Below, piece after piece: positions 11,277 to 21,386 of a stretch of 64,000 bases of DNA. Below the pieces are notes generated by a model that was not told the origin of the DNA, ran no database searches, and was given only the letters and a program-made list of their open reading frames with translations. Position 1 is the stretch's first letter, and the number at the start of each line of letters is the position of its first letter. Location of the stretch: the NCBI GenBank assembly GCA_016869375.1, contig VGEH01000003.1:1491-65490 (forward strand). The letters are read 5' to 3'. The stretch is from Alphaproteobacteria bacterium (GTDB lineage: Bacteria; Pseudomonadota; Alphaproteobacteria; SHVZ01). The position numbers were made by a program, and so were the translations under genes.

Positions 11277-12653
11277 ATGGCCAAGTACGATTTCGACCTC
11301 TTCACGATAGGCGCGGGCTCCGGCGGCGTCGCCGGAACCAGGCGCGCCGGCTCCTATGGCGCAAAGGCGGCGATCGCCGAATCGGTGCGCGTCGGCGGCA
11401 CCTGCGTGCTGCGCGGCTGCGTGCCGAAGAAGCTGCTGGTCTACGCCTCCGAGTTCGCGCGCGCCTTCGACGATGCCGCCGGCTACGGCTGGAGCGTCGG
11501 CGAGACCAGGGTCGACTGGGCGAACATGATCGCCCGCAAGGACAAGGAGCTCGACCGGCTCAACGGCATCTACATCAACATGCTGAAGAACTCGGGCGTG
11601 CAAATCATCGATGGCCACGCGCGCCTGGTCGATGCGCACACGGTCGAGGTAAACGGCCAGCGCCACACGGCCGAGACCATCATGATCGCGACCGGCGGCC
11701 GGCCGGTGCGGCCGGAGATTCCCGGCATCGATCTCACCATGACCTCCGACGACATCCTCGACATGAAGGAGATTCCGGAGCATCTCGTCATCGTCGGCGG
11801 CGGCTATATCGCCGTCGAGTTCGCCGGCGTCTTCCGGAACTTGGGCTCCAAGGTGACCGAGATCCTGCGCAGCGATGCGATCCTGCGCGGCTTCGATCGC
11901 GACATCCGATCCTCGCTCACCGAGGAGATGGGGAAGCAGGGCATCGAGCTGAAGATCCGCACGCATGTGACCGCGATCGAGAAGGACGGGAAGGGTCTCG
12001 CCGTCGTCATCGACACGGGCGAGCGTATCGCCTGCGACCGCGTGCTCTATGCGACCGGGCGCTCGCCGAACACGAGCGGGCTCGGGCTTGAGAAGATCGG
12101 CGTCACGCTCAACAAGAAGGGTGCGATCGCCGTCGACGAATGGTCGCGGACGACGGTGCCGAACATCTATGCGGTCGGCGATGTCACCGACCGCATCAAC
12201 CTGACGCCGGTCGCTATCGCCGAGTCCCGCGCCGTGGCCGAGACGCTCTACAACGACAACCCGGTCCGGATGGACCACGAGGACGTGCCCTCGGCGGTCT
12301 TTAGCCAGCCTTCGATCGGGTCGGTCGGCCTCTCCGAGGAGGCTGCGAGCGTCATCTACAAGGAACTCGACATCTACGTTACGCGCTTCCGGCCGATGAA
12401 GAACACGCTCTCCGGCCGCGATGAGCGCACGATGATGAAGCTGGTCGTCGATGCGCGCTCGGACCGCGTGCTCGGCTGCCACATGGTCGGGCCGGACGCG
12501 CCCGAGATCATCCAGGGCCTCGCCATTGCAGTGAAATGCGGGGCGACCAAACGGCAGTTCGATCGGACCGTCGGCATCCATCCCTCCGCCGCCGAGGAGT
12601 TCGTCACGCTCCGCGAGAAGCGCAAGGAGCCGGCGAAGCAGGCGGCCGACTGA
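11277..12653 (+). CDS. gor: Glutathione-disulfide reductase
   Basis: 458 aa. GAGSGGV FAD motif, redox-active GGTCVLRGCVPKK, C-terminal HPSAAEEFV. Starts directly after the gabD stop. Confidence 0.9.
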   Translation: MAKYDFDLFTIGAGSGGVAGTRRAGSYGAKAAIAESVRVGGTCVLRGCVPKKLLVYASEFARAFDDAAGYGWSVGETRVDWANMIARKDKELDRLNGIYINMLKNSGVQIIDGHARLVDAHTVEVNGQRHTAETIMIATGGRPVRPEIPGIDLTMTSDDILDMKEIPEHLVIVGGGYIAVEFAGVFRNLGSKVTEILRSDAILRGFDRDIRSSLTEEMGKQGIELKIRTHVTAIEKDGKGLAVVIDTGERIACDRVLYATGRSPNTSGLGLEKIGVTLNKKGAIAVDEWSRTTVPNIYAVGDVTDRINLTPVAIAESRAVAETLYNDNPVRMDHEDVPSAVFSQPSIGSVGLSEEAASVIYKELDIYVTRFRPMKNTLSGRDERTMMKLVVDARSDRVLGCHMVGPDAPEIIQGLAIAVKCGATKRQFDRTVGIHPSAAEEFVTLREKRKEPAKQAAD

Positions 12654-12684
12654 AGCACGAGATGGCCGTGTCCCGGCTCCGATC

Positions 12685-14613
12685 TTGAGCAACGAGCTGT
12701 CCCTCCGGCGAGGCTTGGCGATCGAGCCGGCGCGCCACGCCCTCATGCAGGCGCTCTACGCGGATCTCTACGGTGCCGGCCGATACGCGGACGCCGCGGC
12801 TGCCTGCGCGCGGAGCGTCGCCATCGAGCCCGGGAATGTGGATGATCACGGCAATCACGGCGAGATCCTCGTCCGGCTCGATCGCCGACGCGAGGCCGGA
12901 CGCGCCTTTGCCCGAACGCTCGCGCTCGCTCCCGCATTCGGGCAGGTGCATCACAAGCGCGGATTGAACGACCAGCTCATCGGCGAGATCGACGCTGCGA
13001 GAGTGAGCTACGACAGGGCCGCCGCGCTGATGCCCGAGAATGGCGAGGTCCGGATTCTCCGCTTGGCCGCCGCGATCGAGCGCGCACTTGACGCCGACGT
13101 TCCTGCGCTGGTTGGCCAGCTTCTTGCCCTACCGGCAAGAACCGTCGAGGAGTTGCTGATCGTCGGCAGCACCATCGGCGAGAAGGGCTATCCGCGCGAG
13201 GCGGTAGGCGTCTTGTCGCAAGCCTTGGCGCTCAAGCCCGATGCCTTCGACTGCTGGGTCAACCGTGGGGTGTCGCTCGCGTTGCTGTTCCGGCATCGCG
13301 AAGCCGTCGCCGGCGCGCGGCGAGCCTTGGCGATCAGGCCGAGCTATCCTCACGCCCACACCAACCTGATCTTCTGGCTGGCTTTCCTGCCCGAGTTCGG
13401 CTTCGCCGAGCATCAGGCGGAGCGGCGAAAATGGTCGGCAGCTCACCGGCGAACCGTTCCACCTCCGATGCCCCATGCGAACACGCGCGATCCGGAACGG
13501 AGGCTTCGTCTTGGCTACGTCTCCTCGGACTTCAAGAGCCATGCGACAGCTGGCGTCTTCGGCCCGGTGCTGCGACGGCACGATCGGTCTCGCTTCGATC
13601 TCTTTCTCTATTCGGGCGTCCTGCGCGAGGACGCCGAGACAGAAAAGTTCAGAACACTGGCGACCGCTTGGCGATCGACTCTCGGACGGGCGCCCGATGC
13701 TCTGGCTGAGCACATCCGCGCCGATCGGATCGACATACTCGTCGATCTCTCCGGCCATACGGCCGGGAATCATCTGCTGACCTTCTTGAGGAAGCCTGCG
13801 CCCGTCCAGGTGACGGCCTGGGGCAGTTCGACCGGCACCGGCCTTTCCGAGATCGACTATTTTCTTGCCGATCCCGTGTCGGTGCCGGTGAAGGAGCGCC
13901 GTCATTACGCTGAAACCGTCTATGACCTCCCTGGCATTCTTCCGTATGAGCCGCCCGAGCCTCTGCCGCCGGTGGGGCCATTGCCAGCGGCGCTAGGCCG
14001 TCCTCTCGTCTTTGGCTGCTTCAATCGAGCGATGAAGATCGGCCCGTCTACCATCGCGGCCTGGGCCCGTATCCTTCATCGGACGCCGGAAGCAAGGCTT
14101 CTCCTCAAGGACCGCTCATTCGATCGCGGCGACGCACGTGCGACCCTTTGCGAGGCATTCGACCGCGCCGGGATTGCCTCGGAGCGGCTGGAATTCGCCG
14201 GCGGGACAAGCCGCTTCGAGCATCTCGCCGCGCATGGCCGGGCCGACATCGCGCTCGATCCGTTTCCGGTCAATGGCGGTGTCACGACTTGCGAGGCGCT
14301 CGTGATGGGACTGCCCGTGGTGACGGTTCTCGGAACCGACGCCGGCAGCCGGACATCCGCGTCGCTTCTTTCCGCAATAGGCCTCCCGGATTGGATTGCC
14401 GCGGATGTCGACGACTACGTCGAAATCGCGACGGCATGGTCGACCCGGATCGCCGATCTGTCGGCCATTCGACAGACGCTTCGGACCCGATACCTCGAGT
14501 CGCCTATCGGTGACCTCCGCACCTACACACGTCTGGTCGAGGACGCGTTCCGCGACATGTGGCGTCGCTGGTGTCAGTCGGTCGAACCGTCCGGCCGTTC
14601 CGTCGCCGGATGA
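12685..14613 (+). CDS. TPR-repeat protein with C-terminal GT41 (O-GlcNAc transferase / SPINDLY-like, COG3914-type) domain, paralogue 1
   Basis: 642 aa. N-terminal TPR array. C-terminal blocks RLGYVSSDFKSHATAGVFGPV, DLSGHTAGN, APVQVTAWG, FGCFNRAMKIGP, DIALDPFPVNGGVTTCEALVMGLPVV, WRRWC. Start uncertain (TTG). Confidence 0.8.
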   Translation: MSNELSLRRGLAIEPARHALMQALYADLYGAGRYADAAAACARSVAIEPGNVDDHGNHGEILVRLDRRREAGRAFARTLALAPAFGQVHHKRGLNDQLIGEIDAARVSYDRAAALMPENGEVRILRLAAAIERALDADVPALVGQLLALPARTVEELLIVGSTIGEKGYPREAVGVLSQALALKPDAFDCWVNRGVSLALLFRHREAVAGARRALAIRPSYPHAHTNLIFWLAFLPEFGFAEHQAERRKWSAAHRRTVPPPMPHANTRDPERRLRLGYVSSDFKSHATAGVFGPVLRRHDRSRFDLFLYSGVLREDAETEKFRTLATAWRSTLGRAPDALAEHIRADRIDILVDLSGHTAGNHLLTFLRKPAPVQVTAWGSSTGTGLSEIDYFLADPVSVPVKERRHYAETVYDLPGILPYEPPEPLPPVGPLPAALGRPLVFGCFNRAMKIGPSTIAAWARILHRTPEARLLLKDRSFDRGDARATLCEAFDRAGIASERLEFAGGTSRFEHLAAHGRADIALDPFPVNGGVTTCEALVMGLPVVTVLGTDAGSRTSASLLSAIGLPDWIAADVDDYVEIATAWSTRIADLSAIRQTLRTRYLESPIGDLRTYTRLVEDAFRDMWRRWCQSVEPSGRSVAG

Positions 14614-16538
14614 CCTTCCGCATGGGCAGCGGACGACAAACGCCAGAGGTACTCGAGGCCCGGCGAGCCGCTGCCGCCGCTCCGTCCGATCCGACAGGCC
14701 AGCAGCGCCTCGGCCTGGTCCTTGCCGCCGAAGCGGGCTATGCGGCGGCCCTTGCGCCGCTTCGGCGCGCCACCTGGCTCTCGGGGGGTAGCGCCGACCC
14801 GCTCATCAATCTCGGGATCCTTCTGCTGGAACTGAAGCGGCCAGGAGAAGCCGGCCTCTCGTTTCGCCGCGCGCTGGGGCTGGCTCCGGGCGATCCGGAT
14901 GTCCTGCACGGCGTCGGTGTCGCCGACACCGGCGCGGGCGTGCTCGAGTCGGCCGAACGTCACCTTCGTCGCTCCCTGCAGGCGCAAGCCGGTCGCGTCG
15001 AGACCATCGCCAAGCTCGCAGGCGTGCTGGTACGCCTCCGGCAGGTCGAGAAGGCCGAGCCGCTCGCACGCCAGGTGCTGGCGCTCTCGCCCGGCATGGC
15101 GAGCGGGCATGTCGACCGCTCGGCGGTCCTGGCGCGACAGGATCGGCTGGTTCCGGCTCATCTGAACTGTCTTCGGGCGCTCGCCATCGAGCCGGACGAT
15201 GCGCAGGCCCTGACCAATGCCGGGGGAATGCTGGCGGCCCTCGGGCAGACCGCGGCATCGGTGGCGATGTTGCGGCGCGCGGCGGATGCCGGCGGGCCGG
15301 GGCCCTTTCGAAACATGCTCGGCGTCATGTGCAACATGGTCGTCGACCAGGCGACCCGGTGGGCTGAGGCTCGCGAGTTCGCGCGTCGATATGCGCCGGT
15401 GCGGCGCATGGTCGAGTTTCCCAATTCGCCCGACCCGGGACGGCGTTTGACGGTGGGCTATCTGTCGTCGGATTTCTACGACCACCCGGTCGCGAGAAAC
15501 CTCGTGCCGGTTCTCGAAGCCCACGACCGCTCCGGGCTGCGCAGCATCTGCTACTCCGATGCGGAGCGGAACGACTCAATGTCGCGCCGCCTGCAGGCGG
15601 CGGCGGATTCCTGGCGGCCGACGATCGGGCTGAGCGATGCGGAGGTCGCACGCGCGGTTCGCGGCGACGCCGTGGACCTCCTGGTGATCCTCGCTGGCCG
15701 GCTCGACAGAAACCGTCCGCTGGTCGCCGCGGAGCGGGCGGCGCCGGTGCAGGTGAGCCTGTTCGATGTCGGAACCAGCGGTCTCGACGACATGGACTAC
15801 CTGCTGGCTGACCGGACGCTTGTGCCGCCTCCCGCTGGCCGCCGGGAAAAGTTCATCGAGCGTGTGATCAGGCTGCCGTCGCTCTACGTGCATGGCCCGA
15901 TCGACGGAGCGGCCGATGTCGGTGATCCGCCGAGCCTGGGATCCGGCTACGTCACGTTCGGCTGCTTCAATAGCCCGCTCAAGCTCAGCGACGAGACCTT
16001 GGAGCTCTGGTCACGGCTGCTGAGGCGGCTTCCCCGATCGCGCTTGCGACTCAAGTTTCTCCAGCGATATCGAAGCACAGATCTGCGCCAGCGGGTTCTC
16101 GGCGGGCTTGGCGTCGATCAAGACCGGGTCGACTTCCTCTGCGAGGACGAGCCGATCCAGGTTCACCTCGCGAACTATCGCGGGGTCGACATCGCGCTCG
16201 ATACCTTCCCCTTTACCGGCTGCACGACAACCTTCGAAGCGCTGTGGATGGGGGTTCCCGTCGTATCGCTCTTGGGCGATACGCTGGTCGGCCGCCTCAC
16301 CGCCACGTTCCTACGGCCGGCCGGCCTCGATGGCTTGGTCGCAAGGACGCCGGAGGCGTATGTCGACATTGCTGCCGCCTTGGCGGAGGACCCGGCGCGA
16401 CTGGCGTCGCTTCGCGCGACCTTGCGCGATCGCCTGATCGACTCTCCGATCTGCGACGGGCCTGCGCGGGCGCGACAGTTCGAGCGGGTCTATCGCGCCG
16501 TATGGCGCCGGTGGTGCCGGGGCCGCGGTGCGGCCTAG
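14610..16538 (+). CDS. TPR-repeat protein with C-terminal GT41 (OGT/SPINDLY-like) domain, paralogue 2 (diverged)
   Basis: The ORF is open from 14559. ATG 14610 overlaps the upstream stop as ATGA. Blocks RLTVGYLSSDFYDHPVARN, APVQVSLFD, FGCFNSPLKLSD, DIALDTFPFTGCTTTFEALWMGVPVV, WRRWC. Confidence 0.8.
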   Translation: MTFRMGSGRQTPEVLEARRAAAAAPSDPTGQQRLGLVLAAEAGYAAALAPLRRATWLSGGSADPLINLGILLLELKRPGEAGLSFRRALGLAPGDPDVLHGVGVADTGAGVLESAERHLRRSLQAQAGRVETIAKLAGVLVRLRQVEKAEPLARQVLALSPGMASGHVDRSAVLARQDRLVPAHLNCLRALAIEPDDAQALTNAGGMLAALGQTAASVAMLRRAADAGGPGPFRNMLGVMCNMVVDQATRWAEAREFARRYAPVRRMVEFPNSPDPGRRLTVGYLSSDFYDHPVARNLVPVLEAHDRSGLRSICYSDAERNDSMSRRLQAAADSWRPTIGLSDAEVARAVRGDAVDLLVILAGRLDRNRPLVAAERAAPVQVSLFDVGTSGLDDMDYLLADRTLVPPPAGRREKFIERVIRLPSLYVHGPIDGAADVGDPPSLGSGYVTFGCFNSPLKLSDETLELWSRLLRRLPRSRLRLKFLQRYRSTDLRQRVLGGLGVDQDRVDFLCEDEPIQVHLANYRGVDIALDTFPFTGCTTTFEALWMGVPVVSLLGDTLVGRLTATFLRPAGLDGLVARTPEAYVDIAAALAEDPARLASLRATLRDRLIDSPICDGPARARQFERVYRAVWRRWCRGRGAA

Positions 16539-17692
16539 CTCGGCGCGAAGACCGGCACGGGCTCGGCCAACCCTTTCAGTTGGTAGCGCCCAAGCGATCG
16601 CGTGGTCCGCGGTAGGGCAGCGGCAAAGGCTTCGGACATTGCCATCGGCCAGCCTTCCGTCGCGGCCAGGCCTTGGAGGCGCGAAGTGAGATTCACTGCC
16701 GGCCCGATACAGGTGAAGTCGAGCCGCGTCTCGCCGCCGATATTGCCGTAGGACACCTTGCCGACATGGAGCCCGAGCCCGATCCGGGTCGGCGTGTCGA
16801 TGGTCTCGAGCGCGGCGCAGGCCGCATAGGCTTCCTCCGCCGCGGCGAGCGCGGAGCCGCAGGCGGCTTCGGGGCCGGACGAGGCCGGGAAGATCGCGAG
16901 CAGGCTGTCGCCCATGAATTTCATTACCTCGCCGCCATGCTTCTCGATCGCCGGCACCTGGGCGCCGAAGGTCGCATTCAGAAGGCCGATCAACTCGCCC
17001 GGCGCCAGGATTTCGGAGAGCGGCGTAAAGCCGCGGAGATCGGACACCCAGATCGCGGCCTCGAGCGTCGTCGTGTCGCCCCGACTGATCTGGCCTTTGA
17101 GAATGCGTTCGCCGGCATGGTGGCCGACATAGAGGTTGAGAAGATTCGCCGCGGTGCGGCGCAGCGTGTAGACCTCCGACAACCGCGTCAGCGGCGCCAC
17201 CACGGACTCGATCCCGGCGACGGCGTCGTCGGTGAAGCCGCCTGGAGCGGAAGTGGTCCATGTCACGACGTGGTTCTCGCCGGAGAGATACCTGAGCGGC
17301 GACACCACGTAGTCGGTGACGCCTTCCGCGTCGAAGTCGGCCAGGATCGGGAAGTCGCGCGGACAATCGGGGTCGGCCAGGCGTCTGCGGATGCCCTTTC
17401 CCTTCTCGAAGGCGTACCAGAGCGGGCTCCTCAGATAGTCCGGATCGTCGATGAGGGTCCGCGGTGCCCGGAAGACCTCGACCGGCTTTCCAGGCCGCCA
17501 GATGTAGCTGACGCCGACGATGTTCGGGTGCAGCGTGCGGACGAAGAGCGCCACGCGCTTCAGCGGCACACCGGCGGCGGCCATCCGCTCGCAGGTCTCG
17601 CTGACGATTTTTTCCGGCCGGGAGGTGCCTGGCGCTCCCTCGATCAGCCAGTGGGCGATCTCATGGATCTTTGCCGAATCCAGGGCCGTCAT
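16535..17692 (-). CDS. Class III adenylate/guanylate cyclase with N-terminal sensor domain
   Basis: 385 aa. CHD catalytic blocks VSDLRGFTPLSE, KFMGDSLLAIF, GLHVGKVSYGNIGG..RLDFTCIGPAVNLTSRL. Confidence 0.85.
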   Translation of the reverse strand: MTALDSAKIHEIAHWLIEGAPGTSRPEKIVSETCERMAAAGVPLKRVALFVRTLHPNIVGVSYIWRPGKPVEVFRAPRTLIDDPDYLRSPLWYAFEKGKGIRRRLADPDCPRDFPILADFDAEGVTDYVVSPLRYLSGENHVVTWTTSAPGGFTDDAVAGIESVVAPLTRLSEVYTLRRTAANLLNLYVGHHAGERILKGQISRGDTTTLEAAIWVSDLRGFTPLSEILAPGELIGLLNATFGAQVPAIEKHGGEVMKFMGDSLLAIFPASSGPEAACGSALAAAEEAYAACAALETIDTPTRIGLGLHVGKVSYGNIGGETRLDFTCIGPAVNLTSRLQGLAATEGWPMAMSEAFAAALPRTTRSLGRYQLKGLAEPVPVFAPS

Positions 17693-17694
17693 GA

Positions 17695-17991
17695 TCAGCC
17701 CGCCAGCACCTTGATCTCGACCTCGATGAAGGCGACCTCGCCCGGGCCGTCGTTGACGACGTCGTGCTCGATCCCGACCGGGCGGGAATAGGGCTGACCT
17801 ACGATCATTTCGGCCACGCTCTCGCCCTCCTTCGATACTATCCGTAGCCGCCCGCCCTGGGTCGGGACCACCACATAGGCCATGCCGTGCCGATGCCAGC
17901 CGGTGTGGGAGCCGGGCGGGAGACGGTACTCCGTGATCCGCACCCGCTCGTCATCGGTCTTCACGGTGGCAATCGCGTCGCTGAGAGCCAT
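17695..17991 (-). CDS. Cupin-domain protein
   Basis: About 98 aa from ATG 17991 (the ORF is open to GTG 18000). Cupin motif GSHTGWHRHG ... PVGIEHDVVN. Stop lies 2 nt before the cyclase start. Confidence 0.7.
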   Translation of the reverse strand: MALSDAIATVKTDDERVRITEYRLPPGSHTGWHRHGMAYVVVPTQGGRLRIVSKEGESVAEMIVGQPYSRPVGIEHDVVNDGPGEVAFIEVEIKVLAG

Positions 17992-18082
17992 TGGTCGCAC
18001 TCCTTAGAGATCCTGCGCGCCTTGCCTAGACTAGCCCGGTTTCGTATAGGCTTGGGCCCTTGAGTTGAGAGGAGTTGCGAAC

Positions 18083-19465
18083 ATGGCCGGCAAGTGGACG
18101 CCCGAGACGTGGCGGGCGCGTCCGATCCAGCAGCAGCCGGAATGGACCGACCCTCAGGCGCTGACCGAGGCCGAGGCCGAACTGCGCCGGATGCCGCCGC
18201 TCGTCTTCGCTGGCGAAGCGCGCAACCTGAAAGCTGCGCTGGCGCGCGTCGCCGACGGCAAGGCCTTCCTGCTGCAGGGCGGCGACTGCGCCGAGAGCTT
18301 CGCCGAGTTCTCTGCCAACAACATCCGCGACACCTTCAAGGTCCTGCTGCAGATGGCGGTGGTGCTAACCTTTGGTGCCGCCTGCCCGGTGGTGAAGGTC
18401 GGCCGCATGGCCGGCCAGTTCGCCAAGCCGCGCTCGGACAAGACCGAAAAGCAGGGAGGCGTCGAGCTGCCCTCCTATCGCGGCGACATCGTCAATGCCA
18501 TGGAGTTCACTGCCGAGGCACGGCGGCCGGACCCGCAGCGCCAGCTCCGCGCCTACAACCAGTCGGCGGCGACGCTCAACCTGCTGCGCGCCTTCGCTCA
18601 GGGCGGCTTCGCCAATCTGCAGAAGGTTCATGCCTGGAATCTGGGTTTCGTCGCCAAGAGCCCGGCGGGCGAGCGCTACAAAGAGCTCGCCGACCGCATC
18701 CAGGAGTGCCTTGGCTTCATGGAGGCCTGCGGGCTGACGCCCGACACGATCCCGACGCTGCGCGAGACCGATTTCTACACGAGCCACGAGGCGCTGCTGC
18801 TCGGATACGAGCAGGCGCTGACCCGCGTCGATTCCACCACGGGCGACTGGTACGACTGCTCGGCGCATCTGATCTGGATCGGCGACCGCACGCGCCAGCC
18901 CGACGGCGCGCATGTCGAATTCTTCCGCGGCGTGAAGAACCCGCTCGCCTTCAAGGCCGGTCCCTCGCTGACACCGGACGAGATGCTGCGCATCCTCGAC
19001 ACGTTGAACCCGGCGAACGAGCCCGGTCGGATGACGATCATCTGCCGCATGGGCGCCGACAAGTTCGAGAAGGCGGCGCCGCTGATCCGCGCGGTCAAGC
19101 GCGAGGGCCGGAGCGTCGTCTGGGCCTGTGATCCGATGCACGGCAACACGATCAAGTCCTCTACCGGCTACAAGACCCGCGCCTTCGACCGTATCCTGCA
19201 GGAGGTGCGCGGCTTCTTCTCGATCCATCAGGCCGAGGGCACCTATGCCGGCGGCGTGCATTTCGAGATGACCGGTCAGGACGTGACCGAGTGCATCGGC
19301 GGCGCCCAGGCGATCGACGAGCATGCGCTCGCCGACCGCTATCACACGCATTGCGATCCCAGGCTGAACGCCAGCCAGTCGATCGAGCTCGCTTTCGAGA
19401 TCGCCGATCTCCTGAAGCGCGAACGCGAGGCGCTGGCCCAGCCCAAGGTCGCCTTGGCCGGTTAG
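18083..19465 (+). CDS. 3-deoxy-7-phosphoheptulonate (DAHP) synthase, class II
   Basis: ATG 18083 is preceded by GAGAGGAG. Class II (plant-like) hallmarks: [36 protein letters not shown]. Confidence 0.92.
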   Translation: MAGKWTPETWRARPIQQQPEWTDPQALTEAEAELRRMPPLVFAGEARNLKAALARVADGKAFLLQGGDCAESFAEFSANNIRDTFKVLLQMAVVLTFGAACPVVKVGRMAGQFAKPRSDKTEKQGGVELPSYRGDIVNAMEFTAEARRPDPQRQLRAYNQSAATLNLLRAFAQGGFANLQKVHAWNLGFVAKSPAGERYKELADRIQECLGFMEACGLTPDTIPTLRETDFYTSHEALLLGYEQALTRVDSTTGDWYDCSAHLIWIGDRTRQPDGAHVEFFRGVKNPLAFKAGPSLTPDEMLRILDTLNPANEPGRMTIICRMGADKFEKAAPLIRAVKREGRSVVWACDPMHGNTIKSSTGYKTRAFDRILQEVRGFFSIHQAEGTYAGGVHFEMTGQDVTECIGGAQAIDEHALADRYHTHCDPRLNASQSIELAFEIADLLKREREALAQPKVALAG

Positions 19466-19522
19466 AGGGATCCCATCCGCTCACCCGTGACGGCCTTCCC
19501 ACGGCCGCAAGCGAGCCCCGCC

Positions 19523-20647
19523 ATGCAGCCTCGTGCCGAGGACGTGCCGCGCTACACCGATGCGTATTTCCTCAAGACCAAGGCCTGCGTCGAACGCTTC
19601 GGCGATACCAAGGTGGTCTACGCCGTGTTCATGCGCCGGCCCGTCACGTCCGCGCCCAGGCTGGCGGTCGAGTGGATCCAGGCCATGGCAGCGGCGCGCG
19701 GCACCACGATCGACATCGATCTTCGCTACAAGGAAGGTTCCTGGGTCGGTGCCGGCGAGCCGATGCTTTATCTCAGCGGCTCCTTCTTTCATCTAGTCGA
19801 TCTCGAAACCATCTACCTGCAGAAGCTCGGAGCTGCCTGCGTTGCGGCCTACAACGCCTACACCATGTGCGTCGACCTGCCGAAGACCGCCTTCATGGCC
19901 TTCGATGCGCGCCATTGCGCCGGTGCCGAGATGGCCGAGCTGATGGCCTATGGCGCCTCGGTCGGCTCGGCCAAGGCGAAGGCGAAGGTCGGCGCGCTTG
20001 GGTTCGTCGGCAATGCCACCGACGCGACCGCGTGCTATTTCGGACAGGAGCGCGGGCGCGGCACCATGCCCCACGCTCTGATCGGCTATGCGGGCTCGAC
20101 CCTGCGCGCGGCCGAGATGTTCCGCGAGACCCATCCGTCCGAGAGCATGACCGTGCTCGTGGATTATTTCGGCCTCGAGATCACCGATGCCCTCGCCGTG
20201 GCCCGGCGCTTTCCCGACCTTGCCGAGCGCGGCGATCTCTCGGTCCGCATCGACACTCATGGCGGCCGCTACGTCGAAGGGCTCGATGTCGGCGCCTCCT
20301 ACGCCGTGCTCGAGCGCAACGCGCCGGAGTCGATCCGCGGCTATCGGTCGGAATCGGAGCTGCGGCATCTGATCGGACCCGGCGTTTCGGCGGCCTCGAT
20401 CTGGCAAATGCGCGAGCAGCTCGACCGCGCCGGTTTCCCCAGGGTGCGGATCGTCGCCTCGTCGGGCTTCAATCCGGCGAAGTGCAAGGTCATGGCCGTC
20501 GCGCGCGCGCCGGTGGACGCGATCGGCACCGGCTCCTATCTGCCCGACAACTGGAACGAGACCTACGCCACCTCGGATATCATCCAGTATGACGGCAAGC
20601 CGCTGGTGAAGGTCGGGCGCGAGTTCCTGTTGCGCCGGCCAGGATGA
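19523..20647 (+). CDS. Nicotinate phosphoribosyltransferase-family protein, short (archaeal-like COG1488) type
   Basis: The ORF is open from GTG 19487; the first ATG is 19523. Blocks YTDAYFLKT, GTMPHALIGY, VLVDYF, VRIDTHGG, IVASSGFN, DAIGTGS resemble the short NAPRTase/type II PRTase family rather than canonical PncB (from memory). Confidence 0.7.
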   Translation: MQPRAEDVPRYTDAYFLKTKACVERFGDTKVVYAVFMRRPVTSAPRLAVEWIQAMAAARGTTIDIDLRYKEGSWVGAGEPMLYLSGSFFHLVDLETIYLQKLGAACVAAYNAYTMCVDLPKTAFMAFDARHCAGAEMAELMAYGASVGSAKAKAKVGALGFVGNATDATACYFGQERGRGTMPHALIGYAGSTLRAAEMFRETHPSESMTVLVDYFGLEITDALAVARRFPDLAERGDLSVRIDTHGGRYVEGLDVGASYAVLERNAPESIRGYRSESELRHLIGPGVSAASIWQMREQLDRAGFPRVRIVASSGFNPAKCKVMAVARAPVDAIGTGSYLPDNWNETYATSDIIQYDGKPLVKVGREFLLRRPG

Positions 20648-20651
20648 GGAC

Positions 20652-21386
20652 ATGACCGGCACGAAGTCGAACGATCCGTTGGTGCCGCTGCAGCCGTTCT
20701 TCGACGAGCTCAAGCAGCATCTGGCGAAGACCACGGCCGAGAACCTGAAGGCGAACCGGACGCCGAAGCAGCTTCGCGCGGTCGCCGATGCGACCTTCGA
20801 CGCCTTCACCTCGACCATCTCCGGCATCGAGAAGCTCTCGCCGCCCGAGAAGCCCTTCGACTGCAAGAAGGGCTGCGCGCATTGCTGCCACCAGACCGTG
20901 CTGACGGACGGCGCTACGGCGCTCCGCATCACCACCTATGTCCGCGAGAATTTCAGCCCCGCCGATCGCATGCTGCTCGACATGCGCCTCATCGCCTATG
21001 AGGAGAAGGTCGAGAAGATGACGCGAAGCCAGCGGAGCCTGTCTCGGATTCCGTGCCCGCTGCTCGTCGACAACGTCTGCAGCGTGCATCCGGTACGCCC
21101 GCTCATCTGCCGGGCGTTCAACTCCTACGACGCCGAGAGCTGCAAGAAGCAAATCCACGGTGGTGGCTCGACCACCGAGATTCCGTCCTGGAACATCCCG
21201 TGGCTCCTCGGGATCGCCCTCGACAATGGCCTCAAGGAAGCGCTTGTCGAGTCGGGCTACTCCGAGGGTGACGTCGAGCTCGGGCTCGCGCTCAAGGCGG
21301 CGCTCGATCATCCGCATGCGGAAGAGCGCTGGCTTGCCGGCGACAAGCTCCTGGCTCGCGCGGCGTGGAGCGCGAGGAAGCCATGA
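20652..21386 (+). CDS. YkgJ-family (CxxCxxCC, UPF0153) cysteine-cluster protein
   Basis: 244 aa. CKKGCAHCCHQ plus CPLLVDNVCSVHPVRPLICRAFN. Starts 4 nt after the NAPRTase stop; its stop overlaps the nadE start. Confidence 0.75.
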   Translation: MTGTKSNDPLVPLQPFFDELKQHLAKTTAENLKANRTPKQLRAVADATFDAFTSTISGIEKLSPPEKPFDCKKGCAHCCHQTVLTDGATALRITTYVRENFSPADRMLLDMRLIAYEEKVEKMTRSQRSLSRIPCPLLVDNVCSVHPVRPLICRAFNSYDAESCKKQIHGGGSTTEIPSWNIPWLLGIALDNGLKEALVESGYSEGDVELGLALKAALDHPHAEERWLAGDKLLARAAWSARKP

